64,000 nucleotides of DNA, taken from contig JBBSVU010000016.1 of the NCBI GenBank assembly GCA_038046645.1, forward strand, positions 652-64,651, in the 5' to 3' direction. This DNA is from an archaeon. GTDB taxonomy: Archaea > Iainarchaeota > Iainarchaeia > Iainarchaeales > 0-14-0-20-34-12. The notes under the pieces are model-generated. The model did no database searches and was not told the DNA's origin. It saw only the letters and a program-made list of their open reading frames with translations. Numbering within the stretch: position 1 is the first letter of the stretch; every line of letters starts with the position of its first letter. A program made the position numbers and the translations under genes. Positions 28,195-38,195 of the stretch are shown here, piece after piece.

Positions 28195-29106
28195 TTACAA
28201 AAAATATAGTGCAACAAACCCAACAATAAAAAGCAGCAAGTGAATGTAAATTATCCTGTACACCTTTGCCATATCTATTTTTTTTGGGTCTTTCAAAGCT
28301 TGCCTGTAGAGCGGAAATGTTAATAATGAAAGCACAATTAGCCAGTTATATTTCAATGGCAAATAACCCCAATCTTTTAATCCTTGTAGGTATTCCAGCC
28401 CAGTTAAAGTCATTAATATAAAAGAAATTGCTCCCAAAGTGATTGCAATATATGAAAGAATCATTAAATTTTTTTCTCCGAATAAAACAACACTGCTTCT
28501 ATACCCTAATTCATCCTCTAAATTTTTTGAGGACATCCGGTATAGGCAGAATCCGCCAAACTGCAATCCGACAATAAACACTAAAGGCAATAGCGGAGCA
28601 TTAAATGCTTGTGTCAATAAAACCCAGCCAGAGTAAAACCTGAATATTGGATTAATTGCCGAGCCAGAGATTAAATCTACAATAGGCCTTTTTTTGAAAT
28701 TAAATGGTTTTATTGTATATAACGTTTGGTTTGTTACCATGACAATTAGGCATATGAGAAATAGGGTCCCAAGATTAAAACCAATCCAGAAAGAAATTGC
28801 CAACAATACTGCAACAAGCAATTTTGCCAAATTTATGCTTACATCTCCGCTTGGCAATGGCCTTTTTTTCTTTATGGGGTGCAAGGCATCCACCCCTTTA
28901 TCGAATATGTCATTTACAGTGTAAAGGGCAGACCACAGGAAACAAACAGAAACCATTCCGTAAAACAGGTTTAAGAAATCTATATCTAGGTTGAACATGT
29001 AATGCGCCACAATGACGGCAATTAACATGTTCCCTATCGATTTTGTCCATTCTGCAGGCCTCATCAAATAAACAAGCCCTGCTGCCTTTGTAAATAAGTC
29101 TGACAT
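28195..29106 (-). CDS. UbiA-family prenyltransferase
   Basis: 'NDIFDKGVDALH' (NDxxDxxxD) and about 8 TM segments. Confidence 0.75.
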   Translation of the reverse strand: MSDLFTKAAGLVYLMRPAEWTKSIGNMLIAVIVAHYMFNLDIDFLNLFYGMVSVCFLWSALYTVNDIFDKGVDALHPIKKKRPLPSGDVSINLAKLLVAVLLAISFWIGFNLGTLFLICLIVMVTNQTLYTIKPFNFKKRPIVDLISGSAINPIFRFYSGWVLLTQAFNAPLLPLVFIVGLQFGGFCLYRMSSKNLEDELGYRSSVVLFGEKNLMILSYIAITLGAISFILMTLTGLEYLQGLKDWGYLPLKYNWLIVLSLLTFPLYRQALKDPKKIDMAKVYRIIYIHLLLFIVGFVALYFL

Positions 29107-29212
29107 GAGTAATTATTCAGTAATCTTATGGGTTAAAAAGATTACTATCTTTAATAAAAACATAAAATATTAGCCAATTGTGCTGATAAAGAAATAAATA
29201 AAGAATAGATGT

Positions 29213-29755
29213 ATGGTGAATATGCAGGATGCAAAAAAGGTTCTGGAAGCAGCATTGTTTATGGCCCCCCGGGCTTTGGATTTTAATTATTTCAAAAAGC
29301 TTTTAAATTTTGAAACAAAGGAACAGGTTATCCAAACCCTGCGCGATTTAAAGGCAGATTATGATGCAAAAGATTCTGCACTGGAAATTTTCATCAATTT
29401 AGATGATGAAAAAGCCATGATGCGCGTTAAAGGAGATTATCTGCAGAATGTTAAGGAATTGGCAACAAATTCCGAGTTCCATGAAGGCTTGCAGAAAACC
29501 CTGGCTTTAATTGCATTCAAGCAGCCTGTGAAGCAGAATCTGATTGTAAAATACCGAAATGTTAAAGCCTATGACCATATTCACATTTTGGAAGAAAAGG
29601 GTTTCATAAAAAGAATTCCTGCAGGCAAAACATTTATCCTGCATACCACAAAAAAATTCTCAGAATACTTCAACATAGATGCAACAAAAAAGGAAATGGT
29701 CCAGAAGACCGCAGAAAATCCACTTGCCGAGGTTTCTAACCCAAATCCAAGCTGA
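29213..29755 (+). CDS. scpB: Segregation and condensation protein B
   Basis: 'VLEAALFMAPRAL' N-terminus and two winged-helix-like halves ('LEEKGFIKR'). Confidence 0.7.
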   Translation: MVNMQDAKKVLEAALFMAPRALDFNYFKKLLNFETKEQVIQTLRDLKADYDAKDSALEIFINLDDEKAMMRVKGDYLQNVKELATNSEFHEGLQKTLALIAFKQPVKQNLIVKYRNVKAYDHIHILEEKGFIKRIPAGKTFILHTTKKFSEYFNIDATKKEMVQKTAENPLAEVSNPNPS

Positions 29756-29888
29756 TTATTATTTTTAATGGCAATTTTTTATTGTAGAATATCTTCTGCT
29801 TGTTCCAAACATACTTGTTCTATTTGTTTTTTGCCCTAATATTAATATATTTAAACAGCTTAGTCTTAATATTAAAAGAAAGTAAAAT

Positions 29889-29928
29889 GGTTTTTTTGAA
29901 TGGAAAATAATAAGGTTTTTTTGAATGG
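29889..29928 (+). promoter_or_regulatory. 15-bp perfect direct repeat upstream of the esterase gene
   Basis: ggtttttttgaatgg occurs at 29889-29903 and 29914-29928, 10 nt before GTG 29938. Confidence 0.25.
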
Positions 29929-29937
29929 GGTGTTTTT

Positions 29938-32721
29938 GTGAATAAGAATTTTAGGTTTTTGGTTTTGTTGGCAGCTTGTCTGGTACTTTTAATGCCATTA
30001 ATATCAGCAGGGCAATTGCTTGAAAAGCACGTAACTGTTAACAACAAGGACAGGCTGTATTTAATTTATGTCCCGACAGGCTATGATGCTTCAAAGTTTT
30101 ATCCTGTTTTGTTTATGTTCCATGGAATAGGTTCAGATGCAGCAACTGCTTCTGGCACTTATTATGGCTGGAATGCATTAGCCGACCAGAAACAATTTAT
30201 TGCTGTTTACCCGGATTCAAGGAATGATTTGGAACCTAAGGATATTGTTGACCCAAACACCGGCCAAGTTTTATATGACAATTATGATGTTTTTCCAATC
30301 CCGGGATTAAGCCAATACAAGCGCTGGGATATTGCAAATGTTTTAGACCCTAATAAAAAAACCCAAGACATTCTTTTTATAGAAAGCATTCTTTCTTTCC
30401 TGAAATCAAATTATAAAATTTCAGAAAACCATGTTTATTTTACCGGGCATTCTTACGGGGCATTGTTTTCATACTATGCTTCAATGGTTTTGCAGGATAA
30501 AGTAACTGCTGCAGGAGGGCAATCCGGCGGATTAGTGACAATGCAGTCACAAGGAACAAACTACTATTTCCCTGTTGAAGCAGTAAACGCTAATTCAAAT
30601 CCTTCATTGAAAGTGCCTTATATAATTCTCCATAGCTCAAATGATGGAATTGTTCCATACTCCTGGAGCCAGACATTGCAGCAGCATTTGACTGCAAAAG
30701 GCCATCCAAATAAATTAGTTACATTAAATGTAAGCGTTTTCAATCTTTTAGGGCATGGTTGGGATAAAAGCAAAGATATTGAGCAATGGAACTGGTTTAT
30801 GCAATACTCTGCACCATTGCCTCAGCCAACGATTGCCTGCTATAAAAATTCAGACTGTGGCACAGACACTGTTTTGAATAATTATTGCTCAGGCAGTGCA
30901 GTAAAGCAAGACGTTAAAGTATACCAATGCTTAAATGCAGGCACAGCAAATTCATCCTGCACAAACAGCACCCAGACAAATACGCTGCAAACATGCACAG
31001 CTTCACAGGTTTGTGAAAATGCCCAATGCAAAAATGTTGCGTGCTTTTCAAATTCAGACTGCGGTGTAAATGGGCTGATAGGGAATAAATTCTGCAAAAC
31101 AGGGGATGTTTTCCAGCAGTTCAAAACATATGCTTGCAATAATGCAGGCACATCAAGTGCTTCTTGTTCAAATTCAGTTGCTGACAATTTAGTAAAAGAT
31201 TGTTCAGCAAACGAACTTTGCAGCAATGGTGACTGCAAACCAGTTGCCTGTTTCAAAGATTCTGATTGCGGTTCATCAGAGATTCTCAATACTTATTGTT
31301 CAGAAAATGCAGTAAAGCAGGATGTCAAGAATTATTCCTGCTTAAATGCTGGAACTTTAAATGCCGCGTGTTCAAATGCAGTGCAGACAAATCTTTTGAC
31401 ACAATGCACGCAAAAGCAGGCATGTGAAGATACGCAATGCAAGGATATTACTTGTTTTGCAGATTCAGAATGCGGCTCAACTGAGTATTTGGATTTGTTC
31501 TGCTCTGCAAATGATGTGTTCCAGAATTTAAAAAATTATTCCTGTTCAAATGCAGGTACAACATCATCAAAATGCTCTTCTTCACTAACCTCATTTTTGA
31601 AGGAGGATTGTGCATATGGTTGCAATAACAACAGTTGTTTTACTCCGGCATGCACAAAGAATTCAGACTGCGGAGCAGACGGTTTTGTGGGAGAGAAATA
31701 CTGCAAGGATTCATCAGTATACCAGCAGCATAAAACATTCCAATGCTTAAATGCCAGCAATTGGGATGCTTCTTGCTCAAATGCACTAACCGAACAATTG
31801 GTTGAGCAATGTTCATATGGCTGCACAAACGGAGCATGCAACCCTAAACCAGAGGTTTCAGTATGGAATGCACGTTATTTAACCTTGCTTGGAAATTACA
31901 CAAGCATACAGTGGAACAATACTTCAACAAATGATTGGTTTGTGCAGTTTGATTATGGAAATTCACGGCCATTAGTTGAACTGTTATTCTCACTTTACCC
32001 AATATATGACATAAAAGGAGTGGATGTTACGCAAACCTCGCTGAATTACTGGTGGGCAGTATGGGACAACCCGGATGGAAGGGTAGGTGTATACAGGCAG
32101 GATTCCTATGGAAATAACAAACTCACTAAGCAGGTGTGGAACAGCAAGGAAATAAGGATGAAGGGCTTAGCCTTATTGCAGAATAACCCGTATTTGCTTT
32201 TTGAATACAAAACTTATCCAAAAATATTCCTTGCAAAGTTTAATGCAAATGGGGTATGGACACAGGGGAAAGTCCTTGATTCACCAAATATAACTGAAAA
32301 ATGGGCCTCAAAAGCAATTGCCTCAAACTATTCAAATAAGCTTTTGGTTTTATGGGAGAAGGATGATTCATCCATACAAGTATGGGGCATAAATCCAGTT
32401 ACATTGGCAAAGCAGAATTCATTTAGTTTCAAAGCTCCTGCTGGTTATGCAGCAAAGGATTTGGAAGTAAATGGCTTTACTTATGTATTGCTGGCAGATT
32501 CTTTAGGAAATGCAAAGATATGGAAGATTTCTTCATCTGGTGTAATCATCTCAACATCTGACCTTCCAGTTTCTGATAATTTCAAAGCTCATAGCATTGA
32601 AATAAGGGCAGACGGCAAGCTTGATCTCATGGTAACAAATGATTTCGGCAAGGCACAAGTATGGGTAATAAACCAAAATACAGGTGCCAAAGAATCTTCT
32701 AAAGATTACGCAGCGAAATAA
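29938..32721 (+). CDS. Secreted esterase (PHB-depolymerase/feruloyl-esterase-like), then five Cys-rich modules, then a C-terminal repeat domain
   Basis: Signal peptide. 'YLIYVPTGYDASKFYPVLFMFHGIGS' and nucleophile elbow 'GHSYGA'. Five ~68-aa repeats 'C..(N/D)S(D/E)CG...YC......Q..K.Y.C.NAGT....CSN'. Confidence 0.75.
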   Translation: MNKNFRFLVLLAACLVLLMPLISAGQLLEKHVTVNNKDRLYLIYVPTGYDASKFYPVLFMFHGIGSDAATASGTYYGWNALADQKQFIAVYPDSRNDLEPKDIVDPNTGQVLYDNYDVFPIPGLSQYKRWDIANVLDPNKKTQDILFIESILSFLKSNYKISENHVYFTGHSYGALFSYYASMVLQDKVTAAGGQSGGLVTMQSQGTNYYFPVEAVNANSNPSLKVPYIILHSSNDGIVPYSWSQTLQQHLTAKGHPNKLVTLNVSVFNLLGHGWDKSKDIEQWNWFMQYSAPLPQPTIACYKNSDCGTDTVLNNYCSGSAVKQDVKVYQCLNAGTANSSCTNSTQTNTLQTCTASQVCENAQCKNVACFSNSDCGVNGLIGNKFCKTGDVFQQFKTYACNNAGTSSASCSNSVADNLVKDCSANELCSNGDCKPVACFKDSDCGSSEILNTYCSENAVKQDVKNYSCLNAGTLNAACSNAVQTNLLTQCTQKQACEDTQCKDITCFADSECGSTEYLDLFCSANDVFQNLKNYSCSNAGTTSSKCSSSLTSFLKEDCAYGCNNNSCFTPACTKNSDCGADGFVGEKYCKDSSVYQQHKTFQCLNASNWDASCSNALTEQLVEQCSYGCTNGACNPKPEVSVWNARYLTLLGNYTSIQWNNTSTNDWFVQFDYGNSRPLVELLFSLYPIYDIKGVDVTQTSLNYWWAVWDNPDGRVGVYRQDSYGNNKLTKQVWNSKEIRMKGLALLQNNPYLLFEYKTYPKIFLAKFNANGVWTQGKVLDSPNITEKWASKAIASNYSNKLLVLWEKDDSSIQVWGINPVTLAKQNSFSFKAPAGYAAKDLEVNGFTYVLLADSLGNAKIWKISSSGVIISTSDLPVSDNFKAHSIEIRADGKLDLMVTNDFGKAQVWVINQNTGAKESSKDYAAK

Positions 32722-32733
32722 AATTATAATCCG

Positions 32734-32778
32734 TTGAAACCGCTTTTTTTGCGGTTTCAATTCCTTTTTTTATTTTTT
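32734..32778 (+). terminator. Hairpin plus T-tract terminator
   Basis: ttgaaaccgc-ttttttt-gcggtttcaa (10-bp perfect stem) followed by 'ttcctttttttatttttt'. Confidence 0.6.
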
Positions 32779-32890
32779 GTTCCAATTTCTGTTTTAAACA
32801 GAATTTTTCTCTTCTTTTAAGCAACCATTCTTCTCTGCATTCTTTTTGGCTGTTTTTTGACATTTCCCAAAAATGCCAAAATTGCAGAAT

Positions 32891-32924
32891 CAACCAAACA
32901 TATACTTTAATATAAGTTTGGTTG
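32891..32924 (-). terminator. Hairpin downstream of the MFS gene
   Basis: caaccaaac (32891-32899) pairs with gtttggttg (32916-32924); 9-bp stem, 16-nt loop. Confidence 0.3.
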
Positions 32925-32932
32925 ATTGATGG

Positions 32933-34081
32933 TTATTTTTTGCTAAGCATCACAAATGGAATAGCAATCAGTATCAACGCACCGGAAATTGCCAAAGGAA
33001 TCCCATATCCAAAGGATTCTCCAACTGGCCCAAAGATTACCGAACCTAAAAATTGTGCACATAATGACAGGGTAGTTATTGCGCTTGAATGCCCTCCAAT
33101 CTTTTCTTTTTCAAAGAGTTTAGCGGTCCAGAATATTATTGCAATCATTGCTAAGCCATCCCCAATTTCATGCATTACCCTGAAGAAGAATGAGACATAT
33201 AGGTTAGGGTAAATCATTAAGATATGCCCTATGCCTGAGATTAATATTGCAAACAAAAACATTTTTTTGTAAGCCCCTTTTTTGTCTATCCATTTGCCCC
33301 CAAAATATGAAACAATAGCTAAGCATATCACAGGTATTGACATGTAAATGCCCATCATTCCAGTATCTAATGAAAATGCCTGTTTCAAGAATAAGGCATA
33401 GCTCGTTGTTTCAGCCCCCCAGTGGAATGTGAAGAGTAAAAGCGGTATTAAAAACAACAAAACTTTTTTTGTCATGAAATCTTTTTTATATTCTTCAACA
33501 TGTATCTGTGAGGTTTTTGAATCATTCAAAAATAATGCTAAAATTGCTATGCAGAATAATAAAATCCCTGCTGCCTGAAAGAAAGATTGGAAATTTATAA
33601 ACGTTAAGGTAATGCCGCCAAGCAAAAATCCTGTTGCAGATCCTAAGTAAAGGAATAGGTTGAATTTTCCAAGTTTTTTACCTTCCTCATTTTTTTTGTG
33701 CTCTCCCTTAAGCACTATGCTTTGCAAAGAAACCGAACTTATGTTATAGCCAAATCCGCCAATTAGGAAACACGGCAGCAATAATAAGAATTCCCTGAAA
33801 AAAGCCATTCCAAACAGGGAAATGCCCATAGCTATTAACCCTAAAATAAGGCTTTGTTTTGTTGATAACCGGTCGTTTGCTATGCCTGTTGGCAGGCTTA
33901 TAAACAAGCCGGCAATAGCATATGTTCCAATTAAGGTTCCAATCTCTATCCCTGATAATTTTATTGCAAAAAGGTACAAAGGAAGGAAAAAATTTACTGC
34001 ACCAGTAATCAGCTTTGTCAGGAAAATAAGAATATTTACCTTGCCTAAATTTGAAATTCCCATTGCATTAATGATATTCAA
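32933..34081 (-). CDS. MFS transporter
   Basis: 382 aa, about 12 TM segments, with the loop motif 'GIANDRLSTKQ' after TM2. Confidence 0.8.
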   Translation of the reverse strand: MNIINAMGISNLGKVNILIFLTKLITGAVNFFLPLYLFAIKLSGIEIGTLIGTYAIAGLFISLPTGIANDRLSTKQSLILGLIAMGISLFGMAFFREFLLLLPCFLIGGFGYNISSVSLQSIVLKGEHKKNEEGKKLGKFNLFLYLGSATGFLLGGITLTFINFQSFFQAAGILLFCIAILALFLNDSKTSQIHVEEYKKDFMTKKVLLFLIPLLLFTFHWGAETTSYALFLKQAFSLDTGMMGIYMSIPVICLAIVSYFGGKWIDKKGAYKKMFLFAILISGIGHILMIYPNLYVSFFFRVMHEIGDGLAMIAIIFWTAKLFEKEKIGGHSSAITTLSLCAQFLGSVIFGPVGESFGYGIPLAISGALILIAIPFVMLSKK

Positions 34082-34086
34082 TTGGT

Positions 34087-34614
34087 TTAAATAGCTTTAT
34101 TGCCGGGCAAAGGTTCTTTGTCTTTTAATATAAAAACAAATCTGTCTTTCTGAAGGACAAAGAGCTCTTTGCCATCTTTTTCATATAAATTGCATAAATC
34201 CTTGTAATCAACCCTTCCCTTGTAATCATATCCTTCATTTTCAAGTTGGGAATTCATCTGCACAACAAGGGTAGCTGCAGAAGTTGAATCTCCTGAGTCC
34301 ACAATAAACATCTTTTTTGAATCAAACCAAATCAAGCCAACATTTCCAGTCATGGTATTATTGTATTCCATTTTAATGTTTGCTGTACCATATATGTCAA
34401 ATATCTGGTCAAAAGATTCAAGTGTTTTATCCTGCAGCACATCAAAATAACTGATTGATTTTTTCTGCTTTTCAATGCCTGCATCTGCTTTTATGAACTC
34501 TTGCGCAATAACTTCTCCTTGGACTGTTGCTTTTGGCAAAAAGGAACAGCCGCTTAACAGCAATGCCCCAAAAAGCAAAGAAATCAATAAAATCAAACTT
34601 AGGGTATTTTTCAT
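34087..34614 (-). CDS. Putative lipoprotein
   Basis: Lipobox-like 'ALLLSGCSF'. Overlaps the stop of the upstream giant gene by 4 nt. Confidence 0.5.
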   Translation of the reverse strand: MKNTLSLILLISLLFGALLLSGCSFLPKATVQGEVIAQEFIKADAGIEKQKKSISYFDVLQDKTLESFDQIFDIYGTANIKMEYNNTMTGNVGLIWFDSKKMFIVDSGDSTSAATLVVQMNSQLENEGYDYKGRVDYKDLCNLYEKDGKELFVLQKDRFVFILKDKEPLPGNKAI

Positions 34615-37600
34615 TGCAGCTCAACCCCGTAACTTTTCATCATATCATCAACATTCTTTTCCATTATGTCATACATTTTTGTCATTTTATCTGCATCAGC
34701 CTTGCTCTCTGCTATCTTTTTGTTTATTTCATATTCACCTTCAACAAAGGTAAAGATTTTTGTAAGTGCATCAGGATTATCCTTATATATTGAGACATCA
34801 TCCCTGTACCTTAATGCAACCTCCATTTTTTTTAATTTTAGGAATTTTTTTATGCTGTAAAAATAACTTTTAGTATCATTAATTGTTGGATTTTCCTTTT
34901 CAGCCATTTTTTGGGCAATATCTGCCTGTATGCTTGCAAACATTCCAAGCTCCCCAACCTCTGTTTCATAAAGTATGGATTGTTTTGCATTATCCCCGTT
35001 TAATGCATTTGTTGCATCAACTACCAAAGATAATCCACCAGAAGAAATTGTGCCAGCAGTCCAAAATGCTGCATCCTTTAATGCATTGAAAAATTTATGA
35101 TCCTCTGCCGTGATTTTTATCCCTAAAGCATTTGTGCCTGCGCTTACTACTTCACTTACCGAACCCATGCTGTCAGTAAATTCAATCAAAAGCGGAGCGT
35201 TATTCTTTAACTCTTCAACAGTTTTTATATTCGCTAGTTTATCAAGCTGTTCTGGCAGGTTCTTTATTGTTTCAACAAAGCCGATTGTCTTATACACTGC
35301 ATTTAATCCGCGGCCAACAACATTAAAAATCCCAATTTTTTTGGAATTTTGCAAGCTTCTTTTTCCTTTCCTTAATTCATAATCTGCAATCTCTCTCCAG
35401 TTGTGCGCATTTTCAGTATATCCTGTTAAATTCAGCCCGAAATAACTCAGCAAAGAATTATCATTATCATATTGCAAGACTGCATCAGCAGTCATTCCAG
35501 TAACATCAAGCCCTAAAACTTCCTGAGGGTTTATGCTTAATTTTTTTGATGTGCAGGTTTGCCCTTTTGGGATAAGGTTTCCAGCGCAGCATGTGCTGCT
35601 ATTTGGTGAATAAATTGTTCCAGTGCATTCAGGTTTGTCCATGCACTCCCCGCCAACACAATATGTGTTTATTGAACAATCATTATCAGTGCTGCAACCA
35701 GCTGAAGTCACACATAACTTAATCTCTGTAGCTCCGTACATTTCGCTAACACAATTTTGGCCTGAAGGGCAATCAGAATTTACGCAACAAGCATCTGTTC
35801 CCTGCCCGCCTATTTTTCCTTCGCAGCAGAATACCCGTTCTTTTTCATATTCCCAGACAATATCTCCGGAATTTGCACAGCCTGTCGGACTGTCTGAATG
35901 CATGATAGAACTATCTGAGATACAGCATTGCCCTGCACCAGTGCAACCGCAATCCTTCTGGCAGGTAGAACAATTTTCACCAGCATCAACATTACAAGTA
36001 CCATCGCCACAGTTTACTTCTTTTTGTGGTCCTTTTTCAATAATTTCATCTGCCTTTTTTTGGGCATCTCCGCCATATTCTTCCTTGTATCTTTGGCATT
36101 TTACATTTGTAGTTTGCCCTTCTTTTATGCTTGGATATAGCCACTTGTGAATTATTTCATCCAATACCACAATATTTTCAGTCATTTCGGTTGAATTTAC
36201 CTTTATTATTATATCTGATTCATAAGCAGAATATTTTACTGCCCCCCCAGGAATAAACAGCATGACCCTGCTGCCATCCTTTATCCATGCAGCTGCTTTT
36301 GTATCCTTAATTTTTATAATTCCCAAACTTACATCATTTTCACATTCCACTGCATTCAATCCATCAACCGAAAGCCAGAATGGGGCAGTTTCAGTATATT
36401 TCTCTTCCTTGCTTACACAATAATATTGTGAGTTATCGCACACAGCATCTGGCATGCTATTTTCCCCCAATACACAATCAAGATCCATGTTGCAGCATTT
36501 CTTCCCTGCTTGGCAGCAAACATAATTGCAATTCCCAGAACCGCATTCAGGATTTGATGTGCAGGATTCTCCATTTGATTTCAATATTGTTTCTTCTGTT
36601 TCCTTTTCATTAACACATTTGTGATTTACACATTTTTTTGTCAATAATGCACCTTGCGCATCTGAGCAATAATCACAGCAATCAACACCGTGCTGGAAAT
36701 TTTCTATATAAAACCCATCAGGGCAGCAATAGGTATCTACATTAGGATTTGCGCATTTTTTTCCACCTGTGCCAAAATCTCCACAATATACTGAAGAGCA
36801 TTCGTTATCATTTGAACATGCTTGGCAATATTGTTTTGTTCCGCTTGATGCAGTGCAATAATGCAAGTTAGTATTGCATGCTTGCCCACTAGAACAATCC
36901 GAATTATATTCACAGCAGGTTTTTCCTGCTTCACAGCAAACATAATTGCAGTTTCCTGAAGAACATTGCGAACCTGAGGAACAGGTTGCACCATCTGATT
37001 TTAATGTTACAGGACAGCTTCCGCAATCACCTGCACAAGAAGAGCAGGTTTCTGAACCATTGCATGAGCCATCTCCGCAGTATGTTGTAGGTGCAGATGT
37101 TACACAATAATGGTAAGAAGTATTGCATGTCTGCCCAGCAGAGCAATCCGAATTATATTCACAACAAGTCTTTCCAGCCTGGCAGCAAACATATCTGCAA
37201 TTTCCTGAACTGCATTGTGAATTTGATGAACATTGCGAGCCATTTGCTTTTTTTGCTTCCTGGCAAGCCCCGCAATCCGAAGGGCAATTGCTGCAAGTTT
37301 CCGTTTGTTTAGTTCCATTAACACAGGTCCCTTGGTCATATGCCTTTGGGCCACATTCTCCGTCTCCACAGTAACCATACTTCTTGAAATTATATTTCCA
37401 GCCACAGCCTGCACAAGAGGAATCTCCATTAAAAACAGCACTGATTGTTTCTCCCGCACTTATTGATACCTCACAGGTTGTTTGGTTGTTGCAGCTTTTT
37501 GCAGATGTAGTAATATCGCAATATCCACATTCAGGGTTTTCTCCATATTGGGTATATCCTCCATAAGTGTCATCAGCATATATTTTCAAGAAGCATCCTT

Positions 37601-37760
37601 GGTAATCTGAAGGTGCAGTTGTTTGATATATGTCATCAAAGGAATATCCGGCACCATCATTGCTGCCCCAAGGCAATGTCATTGTTTCTGCTGAACTAAA
37701 AATAGATAAAAATACAAGCAGAATAAAAGTTAAAATTATCCTAATTGCAGCCTTTCCCAT
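34611..37760 (-). CDS. Giant secreted cysteine-rich protein with helical Cys-free C-terminal ~320 aa
   Basis: Signal/anchor 'MGKAAIRIILTFILLVFLSIFSSAE' from ATG 37760 (track start 37817 is a TTG). Three 'C.S..QCSSGNC.YVCC.AGK.CC' modules and 'CGDG.C....E.CS.C..DCG.C' motifs. Confidence 0.75.
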   Translation of the reverse strand: MGKAAIRIILTFILLVFLSIFSSAETMTLPWGSNDGAGYSFDDIYQTTAPSDYQGCFLKIYADDTYGGYTQYGENPECGYCDITTSAKSCNNQTTCEVSISAGETISAVFNGDSSCAGCGWKYNFKKYGYCGDGECGPKAYDQGTCVNGTKQTETCSNCPSDCGACQEAKKANGSQCSSNSQCSSGNCRYVCCQAGKTCCEYNSDCSAGQTCNTSYHYCVTSAPTTYCGDGSCNGSETCSSCAGDCGSCPVTLKSDGATCSSGSQCSSGNCNYVCCEAGKTCCEYNSDCSSGQACNTNLHYCTASSGTKQYCQACSNDNECSSVYCGDFGTGGKKCANPNVDTYCCPDGFYIENFQHGVDCCDYCSDAQGALLTKKCVNHKCVNEKETEETILKSNGESCTSNPECGSGNCNYVCCQAGKKCCNMDLDCVLGENSMPDAVCDNSQYYCVSKEEKYTETAPFWLSVDGLNAVECENDVSLGIIKIKDTKAAAWIKDGSRVMLFIPGGAVKYSAYESDIIIKVNSTEMTENIVVLDEIIHKWLYPSIKEGQTTNVKCQRYKEEYGGDAQKKADEIIEKGPQKEVNCGDGTCNVDAGENCSTCQKDCGCTGAGQCCISDSSIMHSDSPTGCANSGDIVWEYEKERVFCCEGKIGGQGTDACCVNSDCPSGQNCVSEMYGATEIKLCVTSAGCSTDNDCSINTYCVGGECMDKPECTGTIYSPNSSTCCAGNLIPKGQTCTSKKLSINPQEVLGLDVTGMTADAVLQYDNDNSLLSYFGLNLTGYTENAHNWREIADYELRKGKRSLQNSKKIGIFNVVGRGLNAVYKTIGFVETIKNLPEQLDKLANIKTVEELKNNAPLLIEFTDSMGSVSEVVSAGTNALGIKITAEDHKFFNALKDAAFWTAGTISSGGLSLVVDATNALNGDNAKQSILYETEVGELGMFASIQADIAQKMAEKENPTINDTKSYFYSIKKFLKLKKMEVALRYRDDVSIYKDNPDALTKIFTFVEGEYEINKKIAESKADADKMTKMYDIMEKNVDDMMKSYGVELQ

Positions 37761-37803
37761 GCCAAATTTAAGTGCTTTGTAATATATATTTTTTTGCAAT
37801 GGA

Positions 37804-37974
37804 TTATTGCAAAACAAAGGTTATTTCATTCAGAAAAAACCCAAACATTATCAAAAAACCCAAAGGTTGGAATATTATTTCTTCCATTATGCGGTCTGCA
37901 AGCAGCGGGACAGCAGCAAAATAAAAAAATGCAGTGATAAATGCAGCCAAGGTTATCCTTTTTATTATTCCCAT
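37804..37974 (-). CDS. Possible 56-aa two-TM membrane peptide (not in ORF track)
   Basis: Manual translation: MGIIKRITLAAFITAFFYFAAVPLLADRIMEEIIFQPLGFLIMFGFFLNEITFVLQ*. A G-rich stretch precedes the ATG. Confidence 0.3.
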   Translation of the reverse strand: MGIIKRITLAAFITAFFYFAAVPLLADRIMEEIIFQPLGFLIMFGFFLNEITFVLQ

Positions 37975-37988
37975 GAAATCTTTTCCCC

Positions 37989-38195
37989 CTATCTTACAAG
38001 TTCTTTTATTTTTTCTTCAATATGCTTCAGTTTATTCTCTTCAAATTCATCAGCCTTTATTACAATAGTCAGGGTTAATCCTGAACCAAATGGCCCAATT
38101 AAATATTCGTGGTTTTTTTCCAAGAAGCCGCCCCTATGGTTAGCTGCAAAAGGGCCTTCCCCATTTCCTGAGATGTGTGCTTCTAGTATTCTCAT
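37989..38195 (-). CDS. Small hypothetical protein (68 aa)
   Basis: Overlaps the upstream membrane gene by 4 nt (ATGA). No motif recognised. Confidence 0.45.
   Translation of the reverse strand: MRILEAHISGNGEGPFAANHRGGFLEKNHEYLIGPFGSGLTLTIVIKADEFEENKLKHIEEKIKELVR

Noticed and set aside
32699-32893. 64-aa minus-strand ORF in the esterase-MFS intergenic region
   Set aside because: It spans the 10-bp terminator hairpin and T-tract of the esterase gene and has a low-complexity K/E-rich translation. It is probably non-coding.
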